DNA of 64,000 nt from an uncultured Rhodovibrionaceae bacterium (GTDB taxonomy: Bacteria; Pseudomonadota; Alphaproteobacteria; Kiloniellales; DSM-21159), in contig CAXBMB010000003.1 of NCBI GenBank assembly GCA_963976695.1, forward strand, positions 27,415-91,414, written 5' to 3'. The notes under the pieces are model-generated. The model was not told where the DNA came from and did no database searches. It saw nothing but the letters and a program-made list of their open reading frames with translations. A program made the translations under genes and the position numbers. This document shows positions 9,692 through 17,769 of the stretch, piece by piece. Position 1 is the stretch's first letter; every line of letters begins with the position of its first letter.

Positions 9692-9823
9692 AGGGGCGTT
9701 TCCTCGAGCGGCGTTGGAACACAGGGTCGAAGCGCGGCAAGGGGCCGGAATTCCAGCAGGCTTTCATCACCTTTCCACCGCTTTTCCCCGCCGTATTTCC
9801 CCACGCGTATTTTCCTGTGGAGT

Positions 9824-9889
9824 TCACCCGGGACATTCACCCGGGATATTCGCCCGGGACACTCACCCCGGAATACTCACCCGGGCGCC
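9824..9889. repeat. 13-bp tandem direct repeat x5 (TCACCCGGGAYAY), each unit carrying CCCGGG
   Basis: Units read directly: tcacccgggacat / tcacccgggatat / tcgcccgggacac / tcaccccggaatac / tcacccgggcgcc. The array lies 133-198 nt upstream of the kinase start. Confidence 0.95.
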
Positions 9890-10288
9890 AGGGAGGTGTT
9901 GTTCGGGAGCGATCCCTGGCGTCTCAAACGGGTGCCCAGCGGGGTTCCAGTGGGGGACATGGAGGGGTTTTCCGGTCGTTCTGGTTCGACGAATTCTAAC
10001 AAGACAATAGTAGCCGGTATCTAATTCTATATACAAGTTATGGTTATTTTTGTGAAATATTATGCCCGCCGAAGAAAAGCAAATAATGTTTGCAAGCGAA
10101 TGTTGTAACATTGTTTTAATTAGAAATTTCTGCACGACCAATTGGCGGCAACCGGCAGTATATTTTTTGAGAAGATAGGATTGGTTCTATAGATAGTGGT
10201 GTTTTTCTACAAAATTCTACCTGAAGAAGGATTCCTTCTCGGAAGAGATCCCGGGCCCTTTCCCGGCCGCGCGGGTCCGGGAAAGGGC

Positions 10289-10336
10289 AAAAAAATTCGC
10301 GAAGGGAAGCGTTCGGTTTTGTCCGCAACGCTTCCC
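10289..10336 (-). terminator. Terminator downstream of betA
   Basis: On the minus strand a 10-bp stem (gggaagcgtt / aacgcttccc) is followed by ttcgcgaattttttt. A second 12-bp hairpin (10255..10288) lies immediately beyond it. Confidence 0.55.
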
Positions 10337-10363
10337 CCATTTTATAAACACTGTTCAGAGTAT

Positions 10364-12022
10364 TTATCGCTGTTTTGTTTCCCACTCCGGATGGATCCAG
10401 ACCTTGGCCTGGGAGCGGGGCAGGGGCGGGGCGCCCTTGATGTGGTCGGCGATCTTTTCGGCGATCATGATGGTCGGGGCATTGAGGTTGCCGGAGGGAA
10501 TATCGGGCATGATCGAGGCGTCGACCACCCGCAGATTTTCGATGCCGTGGACCTGGCCTTGATCGTTGACCACCGCCATTTTGTCGCTGTCCGATCCCAT
10601 TTTGTTGGTGCAGGAGGGATGATAGGCGCTTTCGGCGTGCTGGCGCACGAAGGCGTCGATGTCGGCGTCGCTTTGCGCGGCCGGTCCGGGCATCAGCTCC
10701 GCGCCGCGATAGTCGTCAAAGGCCTGCTGCTCGATGATTTCGCGGGTCAGGCGGATGCCATCGCGGATTTCCTCGATGTCCTGCTGGGTCTGGTTGTAGT
10801 TGAACAGGATCTCGGGCGCCTGGGTCGGATCGTTGGAGCGGATCTTGACATGTCCGCGGCTGGTCGGGCGCATCGGGCCGACATGGCACTGGAAGCCGTG
10901 TTCCTGCACCGGGTTGCTGCCGTCGTAGTTCATGGCGATCGGCAGGAAGTGGAACTGGAGGTTGGGGTGCTCGTAGCCGGCGCGCGAGCGAATGAAGCCG
11001 CCGGCCTCAAATTGATTCGACGCGCCGATGCCGCGATTGAAGAACAGCCACTGGAAGCCGATCCAGGGGTGGTTGTACCACTTCAGCGCCGGGTAGAGGC
11101 TGATCGGCTGGGTGCAGTGATATTGCACATAGCACTCGATGTGATCCTGCAGGTTCGCCCCGACGCCGGGTAGATCGGCTTTCACCGTGATGCCTTGTTC
11201 GCGCAGCAGCGCCGCCGGACCAATCCCGGAAAGCTGGAGCAGTTGTGGCGAGTTGATGGCGCCGCTGGAGACGATTACCTCGCGCGCCGCCCGAACCTTC
11301 TTGACCTGGTTGCCCTGCCGATAGGTCAGGCCCACCACCCGCTTGCCGTCATAGTCCAGGTTAAGGGTCAGCGCCCGGGTCTCGACGGTGATGTTGCCGC
11401 GCTTGACGGCCGGGCGCAGGTAGGCTTGCGCGGTCGACCAGCGGCGGCCGTTTTTCACCGTCATGTCATAGCGGCCGATGCCTTCCTGCTGGTAGCCGTT
11501 GACATCCTTGGTGATCGGGTAGCCGGCTTGCCGACCGGCCTCGATCCACGCCTTGAACAGCGGATTGGCCATCTTGCCGGCGGTGACGTCGAGCGGGCCG
11601 GCGTCGCCTTGGTAGTCGTCGGCGCCCAATTCGTGGTTCACCGCCTTGCGGAAATACGGCAGGCAATCGGCATAGCTCCAGCCCGGCAGGCTTTGCGCCC
11701 AGCGGTCGTAGTCGCGCGCATGGCCGCGGATATAGAGCATGCCGTTGATCGAGGAGGAGCCGCCCAGCACCTTGCCACGGGGGCAATACATCACCCGGTT
11801 ATCCATCGCCGGCTCGGGCTCGCTTTCGTAATACCAGTTGTAGGTGCGGGTTTTGAGCGGTTCGGCCAGGGCCGCCGGCATGTGGATGTAAAGCGAGTAA
11901 TCCTTGCCGCCGGCCTCCAGGACCAGAATTTTGACGTTTTCGTCTTCACCCAGGCGATTGGCCAGCACGCAGCCCGCCGAGCCTGCGCCAACGATGATGT
12001 AGTCGAATTCCTGCGTTGCCAT
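10364..12022 (-). CDS. betA: Choline dehydrogenase (GMC oxidoreductase)
   Basis: FAD motif [21 protein letters not shown]. The 552-aa protein is collinear with BetA. It starts 6 nt after the betI stop. Confidence 0.9.
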   Translation of the reverse strand: MATQEFDYIIVGAGSAGCVLANRLGEDENVKILVLEAGGKDYSLYIHMPAALAEPLKTRTYNWYYESEPEPAMDNRVMYCPRGKVLGGSSSINGMLYIRGHARDYDRWAQSLPGWSYADCLPYFRKAVNHELGADDYQGDAGPLDVTAGKMANPLFKAWIEAGRQAGYPITKDVNGYQQEGIGRYDMTVKNGRRWSTAQAYLRPAVKRGNITVETRALTLNLDYDGKRVVGLTYRQGNQVKKVRAAREVIVSSGAINSPQLLQLSGIGPAALLREQGITVKADLPGVGANLQDHIECYVQYHCTQPISLYPALKWYNHPWIGFQWLFFNRGIGASNQFEAGGFIRSRAGYEHPNLQFHFLPIAMNYDGSNPVQEHGFQCHVGPMRPTSRGHVKIRSNDPTQAPEILFNYNQTQQDIEEIRDGIRLTREIIEQQAFDDYRGAELMPGPAAQSDADIDAFVRQHAESAYHPSCTNKMGSDSDKMAVVNDQGQVHGIENLRVVDASIMPDIPSGNLNAPTIMIAEKIADHIKGAPPLPRSQAKVWIHPEWETKQR

Positions 12023-12028
12023 GATCGT

Positions 12029-12736
12029 CTATCCTTTGGTTGGGATCGGCCCAACGGGTTGTTCTCTCAACGTGTTTTTCCCGGCATGCAAGGGCGCGCC
12101 ATCACGCGTCTTGCCGGGGCTCGTCTTGCCGGGACTTGTCTCGCCGGGGCTTGGTTGCAGGGCCTGCAAACAGAGGTCCAGCAGCTGGTTGACCTGTTGC
12201 TGGGCCCGCGCCGGGTTCGGCGGCTCGCCGGACAGGGCGGCGCGCAGATACAGACCATCGATCAGCGCCGCCAGGGCGCTGGCCAGGAACTCGGCTTCCG
12301 CGCGCGGCAACAGCTGGATCGCGGCGAAACGCAGGTTGGACAGCAGCCGTCTCTCGTTGATCTGCTGAACCCGAAGCAGACGCGGCGAGTGCGGCGCCTG
12401 GCCCCAAAAGGCCAGCCAGGCCTCGGTGGTCCGGGCATCGAACTGTTCCGCGCCCAGGTTGGCGGCGATGATGGCTTGCAGCCGCGCCCGGGGGGTTCGC
12501 GCCTGCTTGATCCGATGGATGAAGTCGCGGCTCAGCTGGTTGGAGATATGGCGCAGCGTGGCTTCCAGCAGACCGTCCTTGTCCTTGAAGTAGTGCGCCA
12601 CCAATCCCGACGACAGGCCGGCCCGGCGGCTGATCGCCATCACCGAGGCATGGGAAAAGCCCACCGCGTGGATGGTGTCTATGGTGGCGTCGATCAACTG
12701 TCGCCGCCGAATATCTTCCATCCCGACCTTGGGCAC
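12029..12736 (-). CDS. betI: TetR-family choline-responsive repressor BetI, with an unusual repeat-encoded C-terminal tail
   Basis: VPKVGMEDIRRRQLIDATIDTIHAVGF...ISRRAGLSSGLVAHYFKDKDGLLEATLRHI is nearly collinear with the E. coli BetI N-terminus. That alignment favours the GTG at 12736. The ORF's first ATG is at 12766. Confidence 0.88.
   Translation of the reverse strand: MPKVGMEDIRRRQLIDATIDTIHAVGFSHASVMAISRRAGLSSGLVAHYFKDKDGLLEATLRHISNQLSRDFIHRIKQARTPRARLQAIIAANLGAEQFDARTTEAWLAFWGQAPHSPRLLRVQQINERRLLSNLRFAAIQLLPRAEAEFLASALAALIDGLYLRAALSGEPPNPARAQQQVNQLLDLCLQALQPSPGETSPGKTSPGKTRDGAPLHAGKNTLREQPVGPIPTKG
12107..12151. repeat. 15-bp in-frame tandem repeat x3 inside the betI 3' end
   Basis: cgtcttgccggggct / cgtcttgccgggact / tgtctcgccggggct, encoding SPGETSPGKTSPGKT on the minus strand. 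Confidence 0.9.
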
Positions 12737-13040
12737 CCGATGCAAACTTCCTGGCTGTGATGTCATTCAACGTTGATTGGACCCCGGTTGGATCCCGGCT
12801 TGGTTCAGAGCGCGGAGCAGCGCCTTTCCCAGCCTACCCGGATTTTTCCGCCGGTCTTCCCACCGGTTGTCCGTCGGTCTCTTGCCCGTCCTGTCTCTTC
12901 CGCCGCCGTCCCTGCTGCGGCTCCCGCCGTCGCGGGATCGCCGCCGTAGGAAAGATCGGCTGGAAAACCGAGCGGAAAATCCAGCTGGAAACCGACGCGC
13001 CGTTTTCCGTAAGACCCGAAAAATCTCATCGAAGCTAACA

Positions 13041-13066
13041 TTTTTTATTGAACGTTCAATAAAAAA
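13041..13066. promoter_or_regulatory. 26-bp perfect palindrome; candidate BetI operator in the betI / transporter divergent region
   Basis: ttttttattgaac|gttcaataaaaaa is perfectly self-complementary. It is an AT-rich island in a GC-rich spacer, between divergent betI-betA and the betaine/choline ABC genes. Confidence 0.6.
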
Positions 13067-13421
13067 AAGGTTTCATGGCGACGCGATGACAGGTTTATGG
13101 CGACAAAAGTTGCGCCGGCGGGCTCCGCGCCTGGCCGGCCCGTTCGGGTTGGCGGACTTGGTCCGCCTTGCGGCCTGGTCCAGATCGACCGGTCGACCTG
13201 TTGCGCGTCAGTCTGGTAACTTGTGGCTTGTCCGGCGCGGGAGGTCGCGGGCAGACCTAGTGCCGACAGGTTGTGTTTGGACGGGCTGCGGCCCGGATAA
13301 AAAAAGATCGGCGGGTTCCGCCGCGCTTTGCGATAGAGTTGGGCTTTGCTGCCTTGTATCTCGCGTGATTCGGAATCTCTCTCCTCGGCCCGTCGGTCAA
13401 ACAGGGAAGGTAACAATCAAG

Positions 13422-14366
13422 ATGAAACTTCGGAAGATTCTGGCCACCGCCGCCGTGGTAACTTTGGGTTGGAGCGTCTCCGCCCAGGCTGCCGATCCCG
13501 CCGCCTGCCGGTCGGTGCGGTTCTCCGATGTCGGCTGGACCGACATCACCGCCACCACCGCCACCACCTCTGTGGTGCTGTCGGCCATGGGCTATGAACC
13601 CAGCACCACCTTGCTGTCGGTGCCGGTGACCTATGCGTCGCTGAAGAATGGCGACCTGGACGTATTCCTGGGCAACTGGATGCCGACCATGGAAGGCGAT
13701 ATCGCGCCGTACCGCGCGGATGGCTCGGTCGAGACGGTGCGCGCCAATCTGGAAGGCGCCAAGTACACCTTGGCGGTTCCCAAATACCTGGCAGACAAGG
13801 GGCTGAAAAGCTTCGCTGATATCTCGAAATTCAGGGATCAACTGGACAACAAGATTTATGGAATTGAGCCGGGTAACGACGGCAACCGCCTGATCCTCGA
13901 CATGATCGCGCAAGACGCCTTTGGCATGAAGGACTTTGATGTGGTGGAGTCCAGCGAGCAGGGCATGCTGGCCCAGGTGGCCCGCGCGGCCAAGCGGGAT
14001 AAAGCCATTGTCTTCCTGGGCTGGGCGCCCCATCCGATGAACGCCAACTTCGACATGGTCTATCTGTCGGGTGGCGATGACTGGTTCGGCCCCAACTTTG
14101 GCGGCGCGACAGTTTACACCAACACCCGCGCGGGTTTCTCGCAGGACTGCCCGAACCTGGGCAAGCTGTTGGACAACCTGGCCTTCTCGTTGCCGCTGGA
14201 AAACGAAATCATGGGCGCTATCCTGGACGATGGGCTGGAGCCGGAAGAGGCGGCCACGGCTTGGTTGAAAAAGAATCCCACCGTTATCGACGGCTGGCTG
14301 GCCGGCGTTGAAACCGTCGATGGCAAGCCGGCGTTGCCGGCGGTTAAAAGCGCGTTGGGCCTGTAG
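13422..14366 (+). CDS. Glycine betaine/choline ABC transporter substrate-binding protein (ProX/OpuAC/ChoX type)
   Basis: The ATG at 13422 is preceded by GGAAGG and gives a signal peptide (MKLRKILATAAVVTLGWSVSAQA). The mature part starts VRFSDVGWTDITATTA..., typical of OpuAC-fold binding proteins. The upstream 215 codons of ORF 12777..14366 are not protein-like. Confidence 0.85.
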   Translation: MKLRKILATAAVVTLGWSVSAQAADPAACRSVRFSDVGWTDITATTATTSVVLSAMGYEPSTTLLSVPVTYASLKNGDLDVFLGNWMPTMEGDIAPYRADGSVETVRANLEGAKYTLAVPKYLADKGLKSFADISKFRDQLDNKIYGIEPGNDGNRLILDMIAQDAFGMKDFDVVESSEQGMLAQVARAAKRDKAIVFLGWAPHPMNANFDMVYLSGGDDWFGPNFGGATVYTNTRAGFSQDCPNLGKLLDNLAFSLPLENEIMGAILDDGLEPEEAATAWLKKNPTVIDGWLAGVETVDGKPALPAVKSALGL

Positions 14367-14380
14367 AACTTGATCGCGAT

Positions 14381-14410
14381 GGGGCGGCTGTGATCTCAGC
14401 CGCCCTCGGT
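14381..14410 (+). terminator. Hairpin just after the binding-protein gene (possible partial or intra-operon terminator)
   Basis: Stem gggcggct / agccgccc with an 8-nt loop, followed by tcggttta. The U-tract is weak. Confidence 0.4.
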
Positions 14411-14577
14411 TTATCCGCGGACTGGCGTCTATCCCGGACCTGTTCTGCGGCCTGATTGCGGGCCGCGATGATCGGGCCGCGGTGATCTGGGCGCGATGAT
14501 CCCGAGAGCCCCGGCCGGCGCGTTGGGCCTTGTGCACCGCGCGCCGGCGCGCGCTGGCATTCGGGGACGGCCCCCAT

Positions 14578-14617
14578 GACGGCCGAGGACGGCCGGGGAC
14601 GGCCGGGGACGGCCGCG
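14578..14617. repeat. 10-bp tandem repeat x4 (GACGGCCGRG)
   Basis: gacggccgag gacggccggg gacggccggg gacggccgcg, in the 332-bp spacer between the binding-protein and permease genes. Confidence 0.9.
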
Positions 14618-14698
14618 CCCGGGTTGCTATCCGCGATGGAAAGCGCAAACTAGGCGCCAAAAAAAACAACAATAAAACAATAATGAGGGAGAAGAAGG

Positions 14699-15550
14699 AT
14701 GGAGGAATGGTTCTCGGAACCCAAAATTCCTTTAGGGGACTGGATCAAGTCGTTGGTTGGCTTCTCGGAAGACAACCTCTATTGGTTTTTTGACTTCATT
14801 TCCTTGGTGGTGGGAACCTCCATCGAGGCGATGATCGACCTGCTGCTGTTTTTTCCCCCTCTGTTGATCATCGTCTTGGTTGCGGCGCTGGCGTTCTGGC
14901 TGCATCGGAGTTGGAAGCTGGCGGTCGGCGCGCTGCTGTTTTTGCTGTTGATCGTCAACATGGGCTATTGGGAAGAAACCATCAAATCGCTGGCGCTGAT
15001 CCTGTCGGCGACGGTGGCCTGTATGTTGATCGGGGTGCCGCTGGGGATCGCCGCGGCCCATCGGCCCAAGCTTTACGCGGCGTTACGGCCGGTGCTGGAC
15101 CTGATGCAGACCATTCCGACCTTCGTTTATCTGATCCCCACCATGGTGCTGTTCGGCCTGGGGGTCGTTCCGGGGTTGATCTCGACGGTGATCTTCGCCC
15201 TGCCTTCGCCCATTCGCCTGACCCACCTGGGAATTTCCTCGGTGCCCAAGCCGCTGCTGGAAGCCGGCGAAGCCTTCGGCGCTACCAAACACCAGTTGTT
15301 GTGGAAGGTGGAGCTGCCCTATGCCCAGCCGACCATCATGGCCGGTTTGACCCAGTGCATCATGCTGTCGCTGTCCATGGTGGTGATCGCCGCCCTGGTG
15401 GGCGCGGACGGGTTGGGCGTGCCGGTGATCCGGGCGCTTAACACGGTGAATATTCCCAAGGGCTTTGAAGCCGGTCTTGCCATCGTCATCGTGGCGATCC
15501 TGCTTGATCGCCTGTGCAAGCAGCCCGACAAGAAGGCGGATAAAAGCTGA
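14699..15550 (+). CDS. Glycine betaine/choline ABC transporter permease (ProW type)
   Basis: Polytopic membrane protein with a BPD-transporter EAA-like loop (EAGEAFGATKHQLLWKVELP). RBS GAGGGAGAAGAAGG. Its stop overlaps the next start by 1 nt. Confidence 0.88.
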   Translation: MEEWFSEPKIPLGDWIKSLVGFSEDNLYWFFDFISLVVGTSIEAMIDLLLFFPPLLIIVLVAALAFWLHRSWKLAVGALLFLLLIVNMGYWEETIKSLALILSATVACMLIGVPLGIAAAHRPKLYAALRPVLDLMQTIPTFVYLIPTMVLFGLGVVPGLISTVIFALPSPIRLTHLGISSVPKPLLEAGEAFGATKHQLLWKVELPYAQPTIMAGLTQCIMLSLSMVVIAALVGADGLGVPVIRALNTVNIPKGFEAGLAIVIVAILLDRLCKQPDKKADKS

Positions 15551-16734
15551 TGAGCACCGTCGAATTCAAGAACGTCGACATCATGTTTGGCGAAAAGCCC
15601 GATGCCGCCCTGCAGCTGCTCGACGACGGCAAGACCCGCGATGAAATCCTCCAGTTAACCGGCAATGTGCTCGGGGTCGCCGACGCCAACCTGGCCGTTC
15701 AGGAGGGGGAAATTTGCGTCTTGATGGGGCTTTCGGGCTCCGGTAAATCGACCCTGCTGCGGTCGGTCAACGGCCTCAACAAGGTAACCCGCGGCCAGGT
15801 TCTGGTTAAACATGAAGGCCGGCAGGTGGATGTGGTGAGCTGCTCGGCGCAAACCTTGCGGACCCTGCGAACCACCCGGGTGGCCATGGTGTTTCAGCAG
15901 TTCGCCCTGCTGCCTTGGCGCACGGTGCGTGAGAACGTCGGTTTCGGCTTGGAACTGCGCGGCCTTTCCAAGATCGAGCGCCGCACCATCGTCGATGAGA
16001 AGCTGGACATCGTCGGGCTGGGGCAGTGGGCCGACAAGTATGCCCACGAGCTTTCCGGCGGGATGCAACAGCGGGTCGGCCTGGCGCGCGCCTTCGCCAC
16101 CGACGCCGACATTCTGTTGATGGATGAGCCCTTTTCGGCGCTGGATCCCTTGATCCGCGACAAGCTGCAGGACGAGCTGCTGGAATTGCAGCAACGTCTC
16201 AAGAAAACCATTATCTTTGTCAGTCATGACCTGGATGAGGCGCTGAAGATTGGCAGTCACATCTCGATCATGGAAAGTGGGCGGATCGTGCAGACCGGAG
16301 AGCCGGAAGACATCGTATTGAATCCGGCCAATGACTATGTCAGCGAGTTTGTGGCTCATATGAATCCGCTCAATGTGCTCCGGGGCGGATCGTTGATGAC
16401 GCCGGTTTCGCGGTTGAGCCGCGCCGGCGACTGGGTGCAGCTTGATAACGTGGGCCGGCAGGCGGTTAGCCTTGACGCCCAAGGCCGACCAACCGGGGTG
16501 AAGCTGGAAGGGGGCGCGGGTGAGGTAATTGAAGAGTTCGAAGGACTGGATGCGCAGCGCCTGAACGGCCGGCAACTGGTGACGGCGCCGGTCGATATTT
16601 CCATGCGTCGGGTTATCGAGCTTCGCCAGGCCTCGGGACTGCCGGTGGTGTTGCTGGAGGCGGGGGCTATGGCCGGGGTCTGCGGCGACCACGAAATATA
16701 CCAGGGTATCCTGCGACAGGGTGAGCTCGGCTAA
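15550..16734 (+). CDS. Glycine betaine/choline ABC transporter ATP-binding protein (ProV type, C-terminal CBS-like region)
   Basis: Walker A GLSGSGKST, signature LSGGMQQRVGLARA, Walker B ILLMDEPFSALD. A C-terminal extension of about 120 aa is as found in ProV/OpuAA. Confidence 0.9.
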   Translation: MSTVEFKNVDIMFGEKPDAALQLLDDGKTRDEILQLTGNVLGVADANLAVQEGEICVLMGLSGSGKSTLLRSVNGLNKVTRGQVLVKHEGRQVDVVSCSAQTLRTLRTTRVAMVFQQFALLPWRTVRENVGFGLELRGLSKIERRTIVDEKLDIVGLGQWADKYAHELSGGMQQRVGLARAFATDADILLMDEPFSALDPLIRDKLQDELLELQQRLKKTIIFVSHDLDEALKIGSHISIMESGRIVQTGEPEDIVLNPANDYVSEFVAHMNPLNVLRGGSLMTPVSRLSRAGDWVQLDNVGRQAVSLDAQGRPTGVKLEGGAGEVIEEFEGLDAQRLNGRQLVTAPVDISMRRVIELRQASGLPVVLLEAGAMAGVCGDHEIYQGILRQGELG

Positions 16735-16812
16735 TACGACGGCTGGGCGAGGCCGGCGCCGGGGCCGGTCTGGCGCTGCGCCGGCGCGCGGGAATTTTGC
16801 CGCCGACTTTTT

Positions 16813-16847
16813 AGTTGCCACCGACTTCCAGTTGCCACCGACTTTCC
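16813..16847. repeat. 17/18-bp direct repeat x2 immediately upstream of the HAD gene
   Basis: agttgccaccgacttcc / agttgccaccgactttcc. A further ccgactt copy lies just upstream. Confidence 0.9.
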
Positions 16848-16862
16848 GCCAGGGAGTGACCG

Positions 16863-17561
16863 ATGGTTATCAAAGGTATTCTTTTCGACAAGGACGGCAC
16901 GCTTTTCGACTATCAAGCCACCTGGACGCCGGTCAACCGCAAGGCGGCGATTGCCGCGGCCAGCGGCAACGTCGCCGTGTCCGAGCGGCTGCTGGCCATC
17001 GGCGGTCACGACCCCGCAACCGACGAAGTGACGGCCGGCTCGCTGCTCGCCGCCGGCAATACCTCGGAAATCGCCATGCTCTGGGCGGCTGAACTGCCGC
17101 ATCGGCGGGTCGGCGAACTGGTGGAGCTGCTGGACCGGATCTTCCAAAACGAGGGTATCGTGTCCGCCGTGCCGGTGACCGACTTGGGCGCCTTCTTTAC
17201 CCGGCTCCGCACCCTGGATCTTTGTCTGGGGGTTGCGACCAATGATTCCCAAGTGGCGGCGGAACTGACGTTGGAGCGGTTTGATCTGCGCCAGCTGCTG
17301 GATTTCATCGCCGGCTATGACAGCGGCTTTGGGGTCAAGCCCGGCCCCGGCATGGTCGAGGCTTTCTGCCGCACCACCAACCTCAAGCCCGAGGAGGTCA
17401 TGGTGGTCGGTGACAACACCCATGACATGCAGATGGGCGAAGCTGCGGGGGTCGGGCGGCTGATCGGGGTGTTGACCGGCACGTCAAGCCGCGGCGTGCT
17501 GTCCAGCCACGCCCACCACGTGCTGGGCTCGATCGACGACATCTTCGATATCTTGGAGTGA
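16863..17561 (+). CDS. HAD-superfamily hydrolase (phosphatase, subfamily IA-like)
   Basis: Motif I ILFDKDGTLFD, motif IV VMVVGDNTHDMQMGEAAG. RBS AGGGAG. Confidence 0.8.
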   Translation: MVIKGILFDKDGTLFDYQATWTPVNRKAAIAAASGNVAVSERLLAIGGHDPATDEVTAGSLLAAGNTSEIAMLWAAELPHRRVGELVELLDRIFQNEGIVSAVPVTDLGAFFTRLRTLDLCLGVATNDSQVAAELTLERFDLRQLLDFIAGYDSGFGVKPGPGMVEAFCRTTNLKPEEVMVVGDNTHDMQMGEAAGVGRLIGVLTGTSSRGVLSSHAHHVLGSIDDIFDILE

Positions 17562-17680
17562 GGATTTGGCGGCGCGGTTCCGCTGCTCCCCGGTCGCGAA
17601 GTCGACAGCGGGCGACGGGGGGCCGGCCGCGCCGCCTTGATCCGGCTTGGCGGCCGCGCAGGGCGCGGACCGACACCGAC

Positions 17681-17736
17681 GGACTCACAATAGGCAGGAC
17701 TCACAATAGGCAGGACTCACAATAGGCGGGACTCAC
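17681..17736. repeat. 16-bp tandem repeat x3.5 (GGACTCACAATAGGCR) in a convergent spacer
   Basis: ggactcacaataggca x2, ggactcacaataggcg, then ggactcac. The last unit runs into a small hairpin (gggac...gtccc). Confidence 0.95.
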
Positions 17737-17769
17737 GGCGCGGTCCCGCCCAAACGACCGGCTGGGCCG

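Noticed and set aside
9824-9889. Whether any of the tandem arrays (9824, 17681, 22797, 24612, 60708) is a CRISPR array.
   Set aside because: The units are contiguous with no unique spacers, are only 13-16 bp long, and no cas genes are present.
10196-12760. Plus-strand ORFs 10196..11173 (325 aa) and 11195..12760 (521 aa).
   Set aside because: They are antisense to betA and betI, which have unambiguous motif support. The translations are low-complexity.
12777-13421. The N-terminal 215 codons of the 529-aa ORF that contains the betaine/choline-binding protein.
   Set aside because: The translation is Arg/Pro/Ser-rich and not protein-like. The region holds the palindromic operator and short repeats. 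A proper RBS, ATG and signal peptide occur at 13422.
13257-14672. 471-aa minus-strand ORF.
   Set aside because: It is antisense to the binding-protein gene and has no motifs. It is a high-GC artefact.
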